Source: a virus (taxonomy: Duplodnaviria > Caudoviricetes). From it: 63,764 nucleotides of DNA. Where the stretch lies: IMG/VR virus record IMGVR_UViG_3300025035_000020, positions 1 to 63,764 of that record; one strand, given 5' to 3'. Positions 54,695-63,764 of this stretch are shown piece by piece; positions within the stretch are counted from its first letter, which is position 1; each line of letters begins with the position of its first letter. The notes below the pieces were generated by a model. That model was not told where the DNA came from. It worked only from the letters and a program-made list of their open reading frames with translations, and did not search any database. A program made the position numbers and the translations under genes.

Positions 54695-55377
54695 CAGTAG
54701 CCCCCGTAACCGACAGTTCTGTACTTATGTTCCCGCTTTTCGCGCTCGGCTTTAGCCTGAGCGCTATATGCCAAAAACTCGTCGCGGAATTCGGCAGCGC
54801 GACCGCGATCATAGGTCTCCGCATCCTGCTTCTGATGCGCGAGATGCTTCATCCAGTGCACTAAGGGGCGATGGTGGTGCTCATCGATTTCCAGTGGCTG
54901 GCCGCCAACGTCCGTGATTGCAACCAGCGGCATGCGGTACACGATCAGGTCAAAGGTCTGATCTTCCTGCGGAATCCGTACCAGTCGGACCTTATTGGCC
55001 TCCATGCCGACTACGATCGCGGTAACTGCGCCGGGGGTATTGTCGATACGGTACGCCGAGCGACTGCCATAGTCGTCATCCCCTTGGCGGGCCTGCAGGT
55101 CCTCAAAGTTCAGAATCTCGAGGCCGCGCCCGTCGATGGAGCGTCGTGCCTCACGAAGCTTGAGGATGAGCGGACTGATCGGGACAAACACGTCGCCGGC
55201 AGCCGCTGTCAGGCGAGTAACCGGCGACGTGGCATCTGCAATGCCGCCCTGCAATCGGCAGAACATTTTTTGCGCATCGTCGATGTACGAGTAAACCTCC
55301 GCACTTGACCAGAGGTACGGCGCTACTTCGTCGCGCACCTCCGACCGAAAGAGATCGTGCAGAGCGGTGCTGTCCAT
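54694..55377 (-). CDS. Head-tail adaptor-like protein (227 aa)
   Basis: PYLWS..E...YIDDAQ..FCR, EIDEHHH..L..W....A..KQDAET. Confidence 0.6.
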   Translation of the reverse strand: MDSTALHDLFRSEVRDEVAPYLWSSAEVYSYIDDAQKMFCRLQGGIADATSPVTRLTAAAGDVFVPISPLILKLREARRSIDGRGLEILNFEDLQARQGDDDYGSRSAYRIDNTPGAVTAIVVGMEANKVRLVRIPQEDQTFDLIVYRMPLVAITDVGGQPLEIDEHHHRPLVHWMKHLAHQKQDAETYDRGRAAEFRDEFLAYSAQAKAEREKREHKYRTVGYGGY

Positions 55378-55775
55378 TACTGAGCAGCCCGCTTCTCATT
55401 GCGCTCTTGCATCACACTGGTAACTTCGCGCATGTCGACGTCGAAACCGACTTCGCGCTCAACAGCCCTGACAGAAGGGGAGCCAGCCGCAGTGAAGTCC
55501 TTGCGCTCGTTGCGAGCTACGATGCTCTCGATTGCGGCGAGAATGCGCACCCCGCGTTCAGCGGTATCCATCGGAACCACTTTGCCGCTGCTTTCATCAC
55601 CCAGTACGTTGGGATCAGAACCGTCCTCGGGCCGTGCGCCGATAGCGATGGCGTCGGCATACACCACCGGCGGCACATACACTGGAACGTTCTTCTTGAA
55701 GGCAATCATGTGCCCTTTGGTCGTGGCCAGCATATAGTCACGATTAAGCACGAGCTTGGAAGGCCCCTTTTTCAT
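55377..55775 (-). CDS. Hypothetical head-region protein (132 aa)
   Basis: GGAG SD; DFTAAGSPSV motif. Confidence 0.7.
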   Translation of the reverse strand: MKKGPSKLVLNRDYMLATTKGHMIAFKKNVPVYVPPVVYADAIAIGARPEDGSDPNVLGDESSGKVVPMDTAERGVRILAAIESIVARNERKDFTAAGSPSVRAVEREVGFDVDMREVTSVMQERNEKRAAQ

Positions 55776-55806
55776 GGTGCGTTCTCCGAAAGTTGTGGGC
55801 CGTTTG

Positions 55807-55836
55807 CTGGTAGGGGGCTCGAAAGCCCCCTACCAG
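55807..55836 (-). terminator. Strong hairpin after the capsid genes (attenuator/stabiliser; no U tract)
   Basis: 13-bp stem ctggtagggggct-TTCG-agccccctaccag. Confidence 0.55.
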
Positions 55837-55843
55837 AAGCAGC

Positions 55844-56281
55844 TTAGTGGGTTTGGACTTCGTTGGCCCGGTTACGCACAGTATATTGCACGCGGACCGT
55901 AACCTTGCCGGCGGTAGCGTTTGCAGTGGTCGGCGCGACAGTGATGCGAACCTGCTCGCCGTTGCCGACGTACCCAGTCGGAACCAGCGGGGAGCGACCT
56001 GCACCCTTGCGATCAGTAGCTGCAAGATACCGGGTCGCGTTGCCGGAGTCGCCGACCGACACGCTGTAGGCGGCCGAGCCGCCGACGGCCGTCTCGGTAA
56101 CAACATCCCCGTCGGTGATTACGGCACCGGTGGGGAGGTTAATCACGTCAAAAGCCGTAGAGCCAACGGTGCCAAAATTCTTCTGCACGCCGGTGGTGTC
56201 AACCATCGTGTCGTCGAAGTTGAAAGTGAACTCTGCAGCCAGCAGGTATTGCTGGCCACGGGTAGCGATGAGCTTGGACAT
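55844..56281 (-). CDS. Capsid decoration / minor head protein (145 aa)
   Basis: AGGAG SD, directly after the capsid gene; beta-rich LP.GAVI. Confidence 0.65.
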   Translation of the reverse strand: MSKLIATRGQQYLLAAEFTFNFDDTMVDTTGVQKNFGTVGSTAFDVINLPTGAVITDGDVVTETAVGGSAAYSVSVGDSGNATRYLAATDRKGAGRSPLVPTGYVGNGEQVRITVAPTTANATAGKVTVRVQYTVRNRANEVQTH

Positions 56282-56297
56282 GTCAGATCTCCTATGA

Positions 56298-57410
56298 TTA
56301 CTGAGCAGCGTAGACGGAGATAACACCGAAATCTTGCACGGTGTTTCCCGAATAAATGCTGTTGAACTTCGGCTTCAGGAAACCGAGAATCTTGGATACC
56401 GCGATGCCCTGTTGATTCTCGTAGTCAAAGCCCTTCTCGGTCCAAATCGGGTTACCGATGTCAGCCATGCCCAACGCCTGTGCGCCACAGAACAAAATCT
56501 GGCAGCCGTCCTGATCGCCGGTCGCACCCCACTTGCTGCCCGAGGCCGCACCGGAAGTGTTGTACACGTGACGGAACTCGTGAAACACGATGCCGTCGAT
56601 TTCGACCGAGCTGCCTGTGAACAGCGGGTTTTCCGCCGAGCGTTGGCGGGCACTGCGCAGATTCTGCATGTAGGTCGGGTCAAGCTTCAGCCGAGCCATT
56701 GCCTGCGGAGTCATGAACACGTGGAACTGCTCTTCGCCGCCGGATGCCTTGATACCGCGGAGGTACTGGTCTTTGGCATATGCCTTCAACTGAACGAACA
56801 GTTCCCACATCGGGGTGTCCGCAGCCGCGACCGTGTTGGTGGCACCGTTCGGCACCAAAGTCTTACCGGTACCGTCCCAACGCAGCTTGCGCTGGCTGGT
56901 TGGAGCCGTGACATCCGCAGCAAACTCAAGGAATGGGAAGTCCGACCCGACGCGGGCGATACCGTTGTTGCGCATTGCATAGCTGACGCCCGACAGAGTC
57001 AGGAACGCCAACTGGTCGATGCGGTCGGCAAGCCAATAGGCCAAAACGTCGCGGCTGTTGTTACGGAAGCTGACAACGGACTTCTGATCGGCCATCCGAC
57101 CCTCGTGACGATTGGCATGGCGCAGCTGGTCAAAACGAATCACCTGATCGTATGACTTCATCTGCTCCTCATTGCCTTCGAGGGTGCGATCACCGGCGAC
57201 GCCATCACCTTCCAGATCAGCAAGCAGGGTGATAACAGCGCGAGCGCCCTTTTCGGACTTCTTCAGCTCAGTAACGTGCTGAACGAGCGAGTTGGCGTCG
57301 CTGCCAAGAAAGCGGTTGATGAACGAAAAATTGCGAGCACTCTTCCACAGGTCCATGGACCATACGGTTTTCTGCTCGTCCGTGATCAGTGCAAAGTTAG
57401 TGAGAGACAT
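56298..57410 (-). CDS. Major capsid protein (N4-gp56/DUF4043-like)
   Basis: LTNF, GV.GD.TLEGNEE, PLFTG, GAQALG; strong AGGAGG SD; position after the scaffold gene. Confidence 0.85.
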   Translation of the reverse strand: MSLTNFALITDEQKTVWSMDLWKSARNFSFINRFLGSDANSLVQHVTELKKSEKGARAVITLLADLEGDGVAGDRTLEGNEEQMKSYDQVIRFDQLRHANRHEGRMADQKSVVSFRNNSRDVLAYWLADRIDQLAFLTLSGVSYAMRNNGIARVGSDFPFLEFAADVTAPTSQRKLRWDGTGKTLVPNGATNTVAAADTPMWELFVQLKAYAKDQYLRGIKASGGEEQFHVFMTPQAMARLKLDPTYMQNLRSARQRSAENPLFTGSSVEIDGIVFHEFRHVYNTSGAASGSKWGATGDQDGCQILFCGAQALGMADIGNPIWTEKGFDYENQQGIAVSKILGFLKPKFNSIYSGNTVQDFGVISVYAAQ

Positions 57411-57547
57411 GTTTGAGCCTCCTAAGGGCTGTGGGGGAAGAAGTCGAATCGTTGCTCCCAGAGTCTCGCTTGGGGCTAGCGCAGATGCGGCTTTTTAGGA
57501 GGTCGACACTCCGTACACGCTGTCGTGGCGTACACCCGATATCGTGG

Positions 57548-57576
57548 ATAATAGAACCAATAATCCACTGTGTCAA
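57548..57576 (-). promoter_or_regulatory. Near-consensus sigma70 promoter for the capsid gene
   Basis: TTGACA-17-TATTAT; overlapped by inverted repeat gtggat...atccac (57544-57568). Confidence 0.75.
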
Positions 57577-57578
57577 AC

Positions 57579-57604
57579 AGAGGGGAGCCATTTGGCTCCC
57601 CTCT
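57579..57604 (-). terminator. Hairpin/terminator upstream of the capsid promoter
   Basis: agaggggagcc/ggctcccctct stem followed by gttt. Confidence 0.6.
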
Positions 57605-57609
57605 TCTAC

Positions 57610-57849
57610 TCACCGCGTACGGTTATTGCCGGATTCTGCTTGTCCGCCGCAATCACCGCAGTCGCTGTGCATGGGGCGGCTGGCTGATACTCGCCGAATT
57701 GGGTCAACCACCTCGACGGGGATAATCTCCGCTGTTACGGGCTGCGCACGCAATACTTCATTGCGAATTGCCCGAATCTGGCCCGGAGTAAGCTCGTCGA
57801 TCAGCTCGAAGAAACCGCGCAGGTAGAAAAGCAGCTCGTTGGCGTTCAT
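57610..57849 (-). CDS. Hypothetical protein (79 aa)
   Basis: ATGA overlap; FYLRGFFEL...TP.QI motif. Confidence 0.7.
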   Translation of the reverse strand: MNANELLFYLRGFFELIDELTPGQIRAIRNEVLRAQPVTAEIIPVEVVDPIRRVSASRPMHSDCGDCGGQAESGNNRTR

Positions 57850-58256
57850 CTGCCGTCTTCCATGACACGAAGTGCGTCAAAACCAGCAACAGCGACCCGT
57901 TGTGCGGACTTCTTACTGGGCGGACGCAGCGCATGGACAACGGCCCGGAACAGGAAGGCGTCCACCTGCTGCTCTTTCGGCAGCTGCTCAAACGGCACCA
58001 AGCACGGGTGCGCCTTGTTATCGGGGTCCTCCTTGGGGCCATACTTCCAGCCATCTGCAGTTTTGTGCGCCGCCCACGCCTCATGGGCAGTCTCGACGCT
58101 AACATCCCTGTCCCAGTGCAGGTTCACGCCGGCCATAACGCTGTCAATCTGCCAGCCGGGGGCGGCCTCCCACGCAGGCGGGGAGGTGTCACCCAATGCC
58201 GCGCGGTAAGCCCGAATAACCTCGTGGGCGACCCTCGCAACTTGGTCCTTGAACAT
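57846..58256 (-). CDS. RyR-domain protein
   Basis: AHEAW...K.ADGWKYG...D...K.HPCLVPFEQLP is the ryanodine-receptor repeat signature. Confidence 0.85.
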   Translation of the reverse strand: MFKDQVARVAHEVIRAYRAALGDTSPPAWEAAPGWQIDSVMAGVNLHWDRDVSVETAHEAWAAHKTADGWKYGPKEDPDNKAHPCLVPFEQLPKEQQVDAFLFRAVVHALRPPSKKSAQRVAVAGFDALRVMEDGR

Positions 58257-58290
58257 AGTGCGTCCTCCTCAGTTGGCCCTAACAGGGGGC

Positions 58291-59235
58291 TTAGAGCTCA
58301 TCACCGCGCAGCCTCGCCTTGGTCTCTTCGTCCAGTTTGGCGAACTTGTCCTGCGACATCCGCATCACGTCGACGCCGGATTCCCCCGTCTTACCGGCCT
58401 TGTCGGTATCCAAACCAAGCGCCGTAATGCTTGGAGGCTGCCGAGTATTGGCACCGGCGGCCTTGTCACGGGCCTTCTTGGAGCGGTCCTCGGACTGCGT
58501 TTTGGTGGCGTCGTCCGCTTTCGACTCTGCTGGAGCCCCCAACGCGTACTTCACCGCCTTGGTCAAGGCATCAGCACGCCGCATGCCGGCCTTGATAAAC
58601 GCGCTGAGCAGCGTGGCCACCTCTGTAGTCTTCTCCTCGTCAAACGCGTCATGGTCGGGGTTAAGTGCCGGGTATTTCGCCTCGAAACCAGCAAGCTGGG
58701 CGTTATACGTCAGCTCATCGACCGCCGATTTGCGAGCCGCGTCGGACTTGACGGAGGTCTGATAGTCAACCAACTCCTCGCGCATCGAGTCAATCTGCTT
58801 GCGGACCTTGCGCGCGTCGTCCTTCTTCCCGTCGAGGATCAAATCCTCATACTTGTCCTGCAGTTCCTCAATGCTGCCCCGCATTTCAAGAACCGCTTTT
58901 TGAGTCGCCGTGGCCTGCTGGCCGCCCTTCAGCTGCTCGATTTCTCCCAGTAGGGCCTGTTCGCGAGCCCGCGCCTTGGCCTGAGCCTCGTCGAAGCGCG
59001 CTTTGGGGATACGGATACGCTTCTTCGCCTCGACCTCAGCCTCTTCCTTCTCGCGGTCGGCCTTCTCCTCCGGCGTTTCGAGGTCGTCGCCAAGCTTGTC
59101 ACTTTTGACCTCGTCGTCCTTAGCGGGCGGGAGAGAACCGGCACCCTCTGCCTCTGCGCCATCAACTCCTTGGGCGGTGGGGTCCAGCTCATCGCCACGA
59201 TCTACTGCGCCCTGATCACTATCTTTGTCAGCCAT
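58291..59235 (-). CDS. Scaffolding protein
   Basis: Acidic, coiled coil, IPKARFDE, between portal and capsid; AAGGAG SD. Confidence 0.75.
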   Translation of the reverse strand: MADKDSDQGAVDRGDELDPTAQGVDGAEAEGAGSLPPAKDDEVKSDKLGDDLETPEEKADREKEEAEVEAKKRIRIPKARFDEAQAKARAREQALLGEIEQLKGGQQATATQKAVLEMRGSIEELQDKYEDLILDGKKDDARKVRKQIDSMREELVDYQTSVKSDAARKSAVDELTYNAQLAGFEAKYPALNPDHDAFDEEKTTEVATLLSAFIKAGMRRADALTKAVKYALGAPAESKADDATKTQSEDRSKKARDKAAGANTRQPPSITALGLDTDKAGKTGESGVDVMRMSQDKFAKLDEETKARLRGDEL

Positions 59236-61402
59236 TGGATGCTCCTTCACTGGGTTTGGGGGTACTACGGGCCTTCTCGACGGCAGCCACACGCTGCTCC
59301 ATCAACTGATCCCGAGTCTGCTGCTGCTTAATGGCGGCCTCTGCCGCCGCCTGCTCACGCTTGAGCGCGATCTCTGCCTGCATCTGCTCGCGTTTAAGCC
59401 CGAACTCTCTGTTCATTCGCTCAACCGCAAGTTGGTGCTCCTGCTCCAGCTTCTGCTGCTCAATCGCCGTTTCAGCTTCGAGCTTCATCTGCTCCAGAGC
59501 TACTTCGCTCTGGCCGTTGTTCTGCCCTATCATCGACAGCTCTTTCTGAGTTTTGGCCGCTCTGAGCTGGGCGTCGGCCTGCTTCTGCGTCGCCTCGGCC
59601 TCCAGCTTGGACACCTCTGCCTCACTGGCGCGCTGCTTGAGTTGAGCGGCCGCCTGTGCCGCCGGACTGTCCTGATCGCCCGCCATTTCTTTGATAATCT
59701 CGGCTTTATCCCTAAGCCGGCTGGACTGGATGATGTATCGGTCAGGAAGCTGTACACCCGCCTCTATACGCAAGCGCAGCGCCTGATCAAACTGAGTCTC
59801 TTCAAACGTATCGCGCTCAGGCTGAGTGGTCACCACCACGGCATACTCACCGAGGGTTAGGTCGTTAAGAATACCGCCTTCTGGAGTCGGCTGGTTAACC
59901 GATACCTGCTCTGTGGAGTTGGTAAGCCGATCCGTGGTGATAAACAGCAGCCTCTGCTCAGTGTAATACTCCTGCACCATGTCCAGCACGTTGCGGGCCA
60001 ATATGGTGTCCGTTCGGCTCATATTGTCCATAACTTTGGCGAGGTTGGCCTGTCCGCTCTGCTTGTTCGCCTGCACACTCTTGGCGGCTACGTCCTCACG
60101 CGCAAAACCCTGCATGTAATCCGAGACGTTGGAGATGGTCTTGATATGCTCCTCGGCCTTGAATGAAAGCCGATCCAGCCCAGACGGCGTGTGGTTTGGC
60201 TCAATTTTCTCCGCATTGCCAATTTCATCCAGCTCCAAAACCAGCCCGGTCTGTGCGCCGCGCTGCTCCAGCTCGCCAGTACTCATATTCTGGAGCGCAT
60301 TGCGCCTGATCTTCCAACCAGAGTTCGCCGTAGTGTTGACTACGTGCAGCTCCTGCGAGCTCACCTTGTTCAGCATCTCCTGCGGGCCGATAAGGTTCTC
60401 AACCAGCCCTACGGTACGCCCGCGACGAAAATACGGGAAGTAGGGCACAACCGTGAAGTGCTTGTACGGCGACCAGTCGTCATGCAGCACAACATTGCCC
60501 GCTACTACGGTCCAGCGAATCCGCTGAATCAGTTTCTTCGTAACCGACAACCCGGTGTTTTGTGCCATGTGCTGCTGAATGCGTTCAGCGTCCCAATCAG
60601 GCGGGATAACGCGCATATCACCCGTGGCAATATCCACGAAGTGCTGCACGCGGTCGAGCTTGCGCCACTGGCGCTCAATGATGCGGATGTTGCGGACGTT
60701 GTTGCTCTCGGACTCGGACTCTGTGGTGTATGTGTATGCCGCTTGGGGGGTGCCGAAGCGGTCGCGGCCCAGATCGATGGCGTCATCGCCGTAGGGGGAG
60801 TACGTGTCGTACCGATTGCGCAACAGATCGGCGTCCCGCTTCGAGTACAGAAGCTCGACCTGATCCGGGCTCACCCACTTCGTTACGATGACGTCGCCCC
60901 ACGTATCGGGGTCATACGCGTCGGCGTCGGCGTCAATCAGCACATTTTTCGGATTCAGCTGCTCGATACGTACTTCGCCCCGCAGGGAGTCCGTAAAATC
61001 CAGTCTGGCGTCGAAAAAGCCGCGAGACCCGATAATCCCGTCAGCAAACACGTCGCTGCGCACCCAATTGAGCTGATTGTTGTCCCCAATCTGCATAAAA
61101 ACCTTGGTTAACGCATCGGCGACCTCGGCAGACGCGCCTTCATTGCGCGGTTTGAAGGCGATATCCGTGCGATTGAATATCTGTTCGCCCATCACATTGG
61201 ACATAGTGCTGAGAATCTTGTTGATCGTGAGCGCGGGCCGGCGGCTACTGCGCAGAAGCGCCAGATCCTCTTTGTCCCACTGAAGGCCGACAAAGAAATC
61301 TTCGCAAGTAGTAGCTTTCTTGACATAGGCCAAGTGCCCATTGTCCCGAAGCCACGCATAGCGGCACCAAACTTCATCGGCTAGAGTCGTGTTAACGGGC
61401 AT
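59228..61402 (-). CDS. Portal protein
   Basis: 724 aa after TerL; FF.G.QW, RPALTINKI, GLVENLI.PQ..LNK; coiled-coil C-terminus. Confidence 0.85.
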   Translation of the reverse strand: MPVNTTLADEVWCRYAWLRDNGHLAYVKKATTCEDFFVGLQWDKEDLALLRSSRRPALTINKILSTMSNVMGEQIFNRTDIAFKPRNEGASAEVADALTKVFMQIGDNNQLNWVRSDVFADGIIGSRGFFDARLDFTDSLRGEVRIEQLNPKNVLIDADADAYDPDTWGDVIVTKWVSPDQVELLYSKRDADLLRNRYDTYSPYGDDAIDLGRDRFGTPQAAYTYTTESESESNNVRNIRIIERQWRKLDRVQHFVDIATGDMRVIPPDWDAERIQQHMAQNTGLSVTKKLIQRIRWTVVAGNVVLHDDWSPYKHFTVVPYFPYFRRGRTVGLVENLIGPQEMLNKVSSQELHVVNTTANSGWKIRRNALQNMSTGELEQRGAQTGLVLELDEIGNAEKIEPNHTPSGLDRLSFKAEEHIKTISNVSDYMQGFAREDVAAKSVQANKQSGQANLAKVMDNMSRTDTILARNVLDMVQEYYTEQRLLFITTDRLTNSTEQVSVNQPTPEGGILNDLTLGEYAVVVTTQPERDTFEETQFDQALRLRIEAGVQLPDRYIIQSSRLRDKAEIIKEMAGDQDSPAAQAAAQLKQRASEAEVSKLEAEATQKQADAQLRAAKTQKELSMIGQNNGQSEVALEQMKLEAETAIEQQKLEQEHQLAVERMNREFGLKREQMQAEIALKREQAAAEAAIKQQQTRDQLMEQRVAAVEKARSTPKPSEGASNG

Positions 61403-61422
61403 CTTCAGTTCCTTTATATAGG

Positions 61423-63018
61423 TTACGCGGCCATGTGGCCGCCACCACCACTGCCGGCGAGGGCTAGCTTATCGCGCCAGGACGACAGCGGCGGGGGTTT
61501 CTCCAAACGCGGCGGCTCTTTCCCGATACACAAGTGCGTTGCCCAAGCTAGTGCATCAACTACGTCGTCATGGGCACCAGCCGGGAAGCGCAGGAGCTCC
61601 TGCTCAGCCTGCGGCAACCAACTGGCACCCTCCGGAAACACCACTCGACCCTGCTGCATGCGGCCCTGCAGCGGTCGGGCACGGGCTAGTTTATCAGTCA
61701 GAGGCCTCAGTGCCTCATAGGGGGGGTGCTGACGGCGCTCATTCATGCGTTTCTTCAGTAGCGGCTCGACGGCGCGCCAAATCTGCCCATCCTCGACGCC
61801 TATCAGATACCCGACGCCCGGAATTGCCCCCCAGCGTAGCGCAACATCAAGTATTGCCTCGACAATCTGGAAGCTATCGCCCTTCATACGGAAGATATCC
61901 AGCACGAAAAGCGTATCCGTCTCATCCTGAAGAATCGTGGCACCGACGGTCCAGTCATTCTGCTGCCTTTCGCCAATTGCGAAGTCCCACGCGGTGTAGA
62001 CGCGCAGATTATGCGGCATCGGCATCGATTTCTGGTACTTGAAGTACTCTTTCTTGAAGAACATGCCCTCGTCGGGAACGGGGTTCTGTTGGTACAGCGC
62101 CGACCAGATACGAGGCTGCAGGTTGGCCCGGATGCGCTTAAGCGCGTCCGTCGGGTACCGGTCTTCATGGAGGCACACGTCCTTGGGACGCAAGAGCGTC
62201 ATGGCGGCGTCTTTCTCGGCCTCCGGGAACGGGGCGTCCACGCGGACAATCTCGTTAGTCCGCTCGTCGCGGTACTCCCAATGCTCGCTAAGCGCTGGAT
62301 AGCATATAACTTCGAACTGGTCAGCGCCGGTCTCGGAGGACATTGCCTTCTGCAGCCGGCCGGCAAGATCGTCATCGTTCCACCATGTCTCGATAACGAG
62401 CACCCCGCCACCGGGGGACAGGCGGGTATACGCCGTACTCTGATACCAATCCCACAGCTTGTCGCGGGAAAGAACCGAGTCGGCCTCTTCTTGGTTCTTG
62501 ATTGGGTCATCAATTATGAGTACGTGCGCACCTTTACCGGTAATGCCGCCACCTACGCCGGCTGCGGTGAACCCACCGCCTTTGGTTGTGTTCCACGCCT
62601 CGACAGATTGGGATGCCGGATCGAGCTGAGCGTCGGGGAAAATGGCGCGGTACTGCTGCTCGCGCATCACTTCGCGCACTTTGCGCGAAAAGCGCATCGG
62701 CAGCTCGAGGTTATAGCCAACATTGATGATCTCGTGATCTGGATTATGTCCTATGTGCCATGCGGGGAAGCGGATAGACGCCAGTTCGGATTTACCGTGG
62801 CGCGGCGGCGTCAGGAGCATCAGCCGAGGAGCCAGCCGCGAGGCAACCTGTTCGCTAAAGCGCTCGAGACGACGGCAGATATCATCGTGCACCCAACCCG
62901 CTGAATACGCAGGATGTGTCAGCTGAGTAAATTGCAACAAGCGGCGACGTGCGAGGACGCGCTGTGCAAGCAATTTCTGCAGACGCGCTTTGCGTGCTGG
63001 GCTATTCGGGGCTGACAA
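61423..63018 (-). CDS. terL: Terminase large subunit
   Basis: PPRHGKS, GITGKGA..LIIDDP.K, ALYQQ.P, AWDFA, FP.G.HDD.VDA. Confidence 0.95.
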   Translation of the reverse strand: MSAPNSPARKARLQKLLAQRVLARRRLLQFTQLTHPAYSAGWVHDDICRRLERFSEQVASRLAPRLMLLTPPRHGKSELASIRFPAWHIGHNPDHEIINVGYNLELPMRFSRKVREVMREQQYRAIFPDAQLDPASQSVEAWNTTKGGGFTAAGVGGGITGKGAHVLIIDDPIKNQEEADSVLSRDKLWDWYQSTAYTRLSPGGGVLVIETWWNDDDLAGRLQKAMSSETGADQFEVICYPALSEHWEYRDERTNEIVRVDAPFPEAEKDAAMTLLRPKDVCLHEDRYPTDALKRIRANLQPRIWSALYQQNPVPDEGMFFKKEYFKYQKSMPMPHNLRVYTAWDFAIGERQQNDWTVGATILQDETDTLFVLDIFRMKGDSFQIVEAILDVALRWGAIPGVGYLIGVEDGQIWRAVEPLLKKRMNERRQHPPYEALRPLTDKLARARPLQGRMQQGRVVFPEGASWLPQAEQELLRFPAGAHDDVVDALAWATHLCIGKEPPRLEKPPPLSSWRDKLALAGSGGGGHMAA

Positions 63019-63538
63019 GGCTGAACTCCCCCTCTAAAACCGACGGGTCTTCCTCTGCGAGCGCAAGAAGTTCTTCGTCGGACATCGAATTCAGGCGTTG
63101 GATCAACACTTGACCCCGCAACGAGACCTTGAGCTCGGTCTTTGTAGCCTCGTAGAGCCCGCACATCTTGCCGATCTCACGCCACCCCGCAATCATGGCG
63201 ATTGCATCCGCCTTGATACGCGCCAAGTCAATAGCGTCTGAGAATCCCTCAATCACTTTCTGCTTAGTCATCCCGCTCGCACGGGCATACTCCGCGCGTT
63301 CTTCGGCAATGGCAGCTATTACCTTAGGGTTGCGCACAAGTGCGTGGGCCGAAGTACCCGGCTGATTAAAACCTGCCTGCCGTGCAGCGGCGGTCTGGTT
63401 GAGCTTGTTGTGGACCAGATGGTGTACGAACATCCGCTGCATCTCAGTTAGCGGCTGCTTTGGGTCCTGCGTCCCGTTTGCTGACGAGCCGCCAGCGCCT
63501 AGATCGGCGGCTGCAAGACTGTTTCGACGCTTCGGCAT
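63002..63538 (-). CDS. terS: Terminase small subunit
   Basis: LTEMQRMFV...NQTAAARQAGF...LVRNPKV HTH; upstream of terL. Confidence 0.85.
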   Translation of the reverse strand: MPKRRNSLAAADLGAGGSSANGTQDPKQPLTEMQRMFVHHLVHNKLNQTAAARQAGFNQPGTSAHALVRNPKVIAAIAEERAEYARASGMTKQKVIEGFSDAIDLARIKADAIAMIAGWREIGKMCGLYEATKTELKVSLRGQVLIQRLNSMSDEELLALAEEDPSVLEGEFSLVSPE

Positions 63539-63586
63539 ACGGAGTCCCAAAAACCTTGAATGGCATGTGATAGCAGATTGTAGGCT

Positions 63587-63602
63587 AAAAATTGCAATTT
63601 TT
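63587..63602. promoter_or_regulatory. Perfect 16-bp palindrome upstream of terS (candidate operator)
   Basis: AAAAATTGCAATTTTT. Confidence 0.5.
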
Positions 63603-63720
63603 GTAGCTTTTTGGCCAAGCTCGATGCCGGGGGCACTTCGGATTAAGTTCTCAGTTCTGAGAAAAGGGGCCCCCTAAAAAATGCGAACTGTGGAAAAAAC
63701 GTTCGTTGTGCCCGTGAGGC

Positions 63721-63764
63721 ACCCCCCTCCCGCCATGGAAGCAAGAGCCCCCCCCACTTCGGAT
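63721..63764. repeat. Terminal direct repeat / circular overlap, right copy
   Basis: Matches 1-43 with two differences. Confidence 0.9.

Overview
The window is an apparently complete ~63.7 kb dsDNA tailed phage genome. The first 43 and last 44 bases are the same sequence with two differences. There are two convergent arms. The + strand arm (164-24965) carries small early genes with repeated leaders; a divergent RHH/XRE regulator pair around an AT-rich, ori-like segment; a primase/SF3 helicase; a MoxR AAA+ ATPase, Nmad5-like, DUF3150-like and vWA-metallopeptidase genes; a PD-(D/E)XK nuclease; an SNF2 helicase; a family A DNA polymerase (Leu762 type); a mini-DnaJ; and exonuclease, dNMP kinase, TraR/DksA, Gp88-like Fe-S and MazG-like genes. 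The - strand arm (63538 down to 25085) carries TerS, TerL, portal, scaffold, an RyR-domain protein, an N4-gp56/DUF4043-like capsid, a lysis cassette, tail genes, large internal virion proteins and a class II ribonucleotide reductase. The layout suggests a podovirus-like phage of a Gram-negative host (Rz/Rz1 spanins). I saw no integrase, RNA polymerase, tRNA or CRISPR. The most striking observation is that the holin slot of the lysis cassette holds a single-TM membrane protein fused to a PAS sensor domain, which could be a signal-gated lysis switch. All family assignments come from motif recognition by eye, not database searches.
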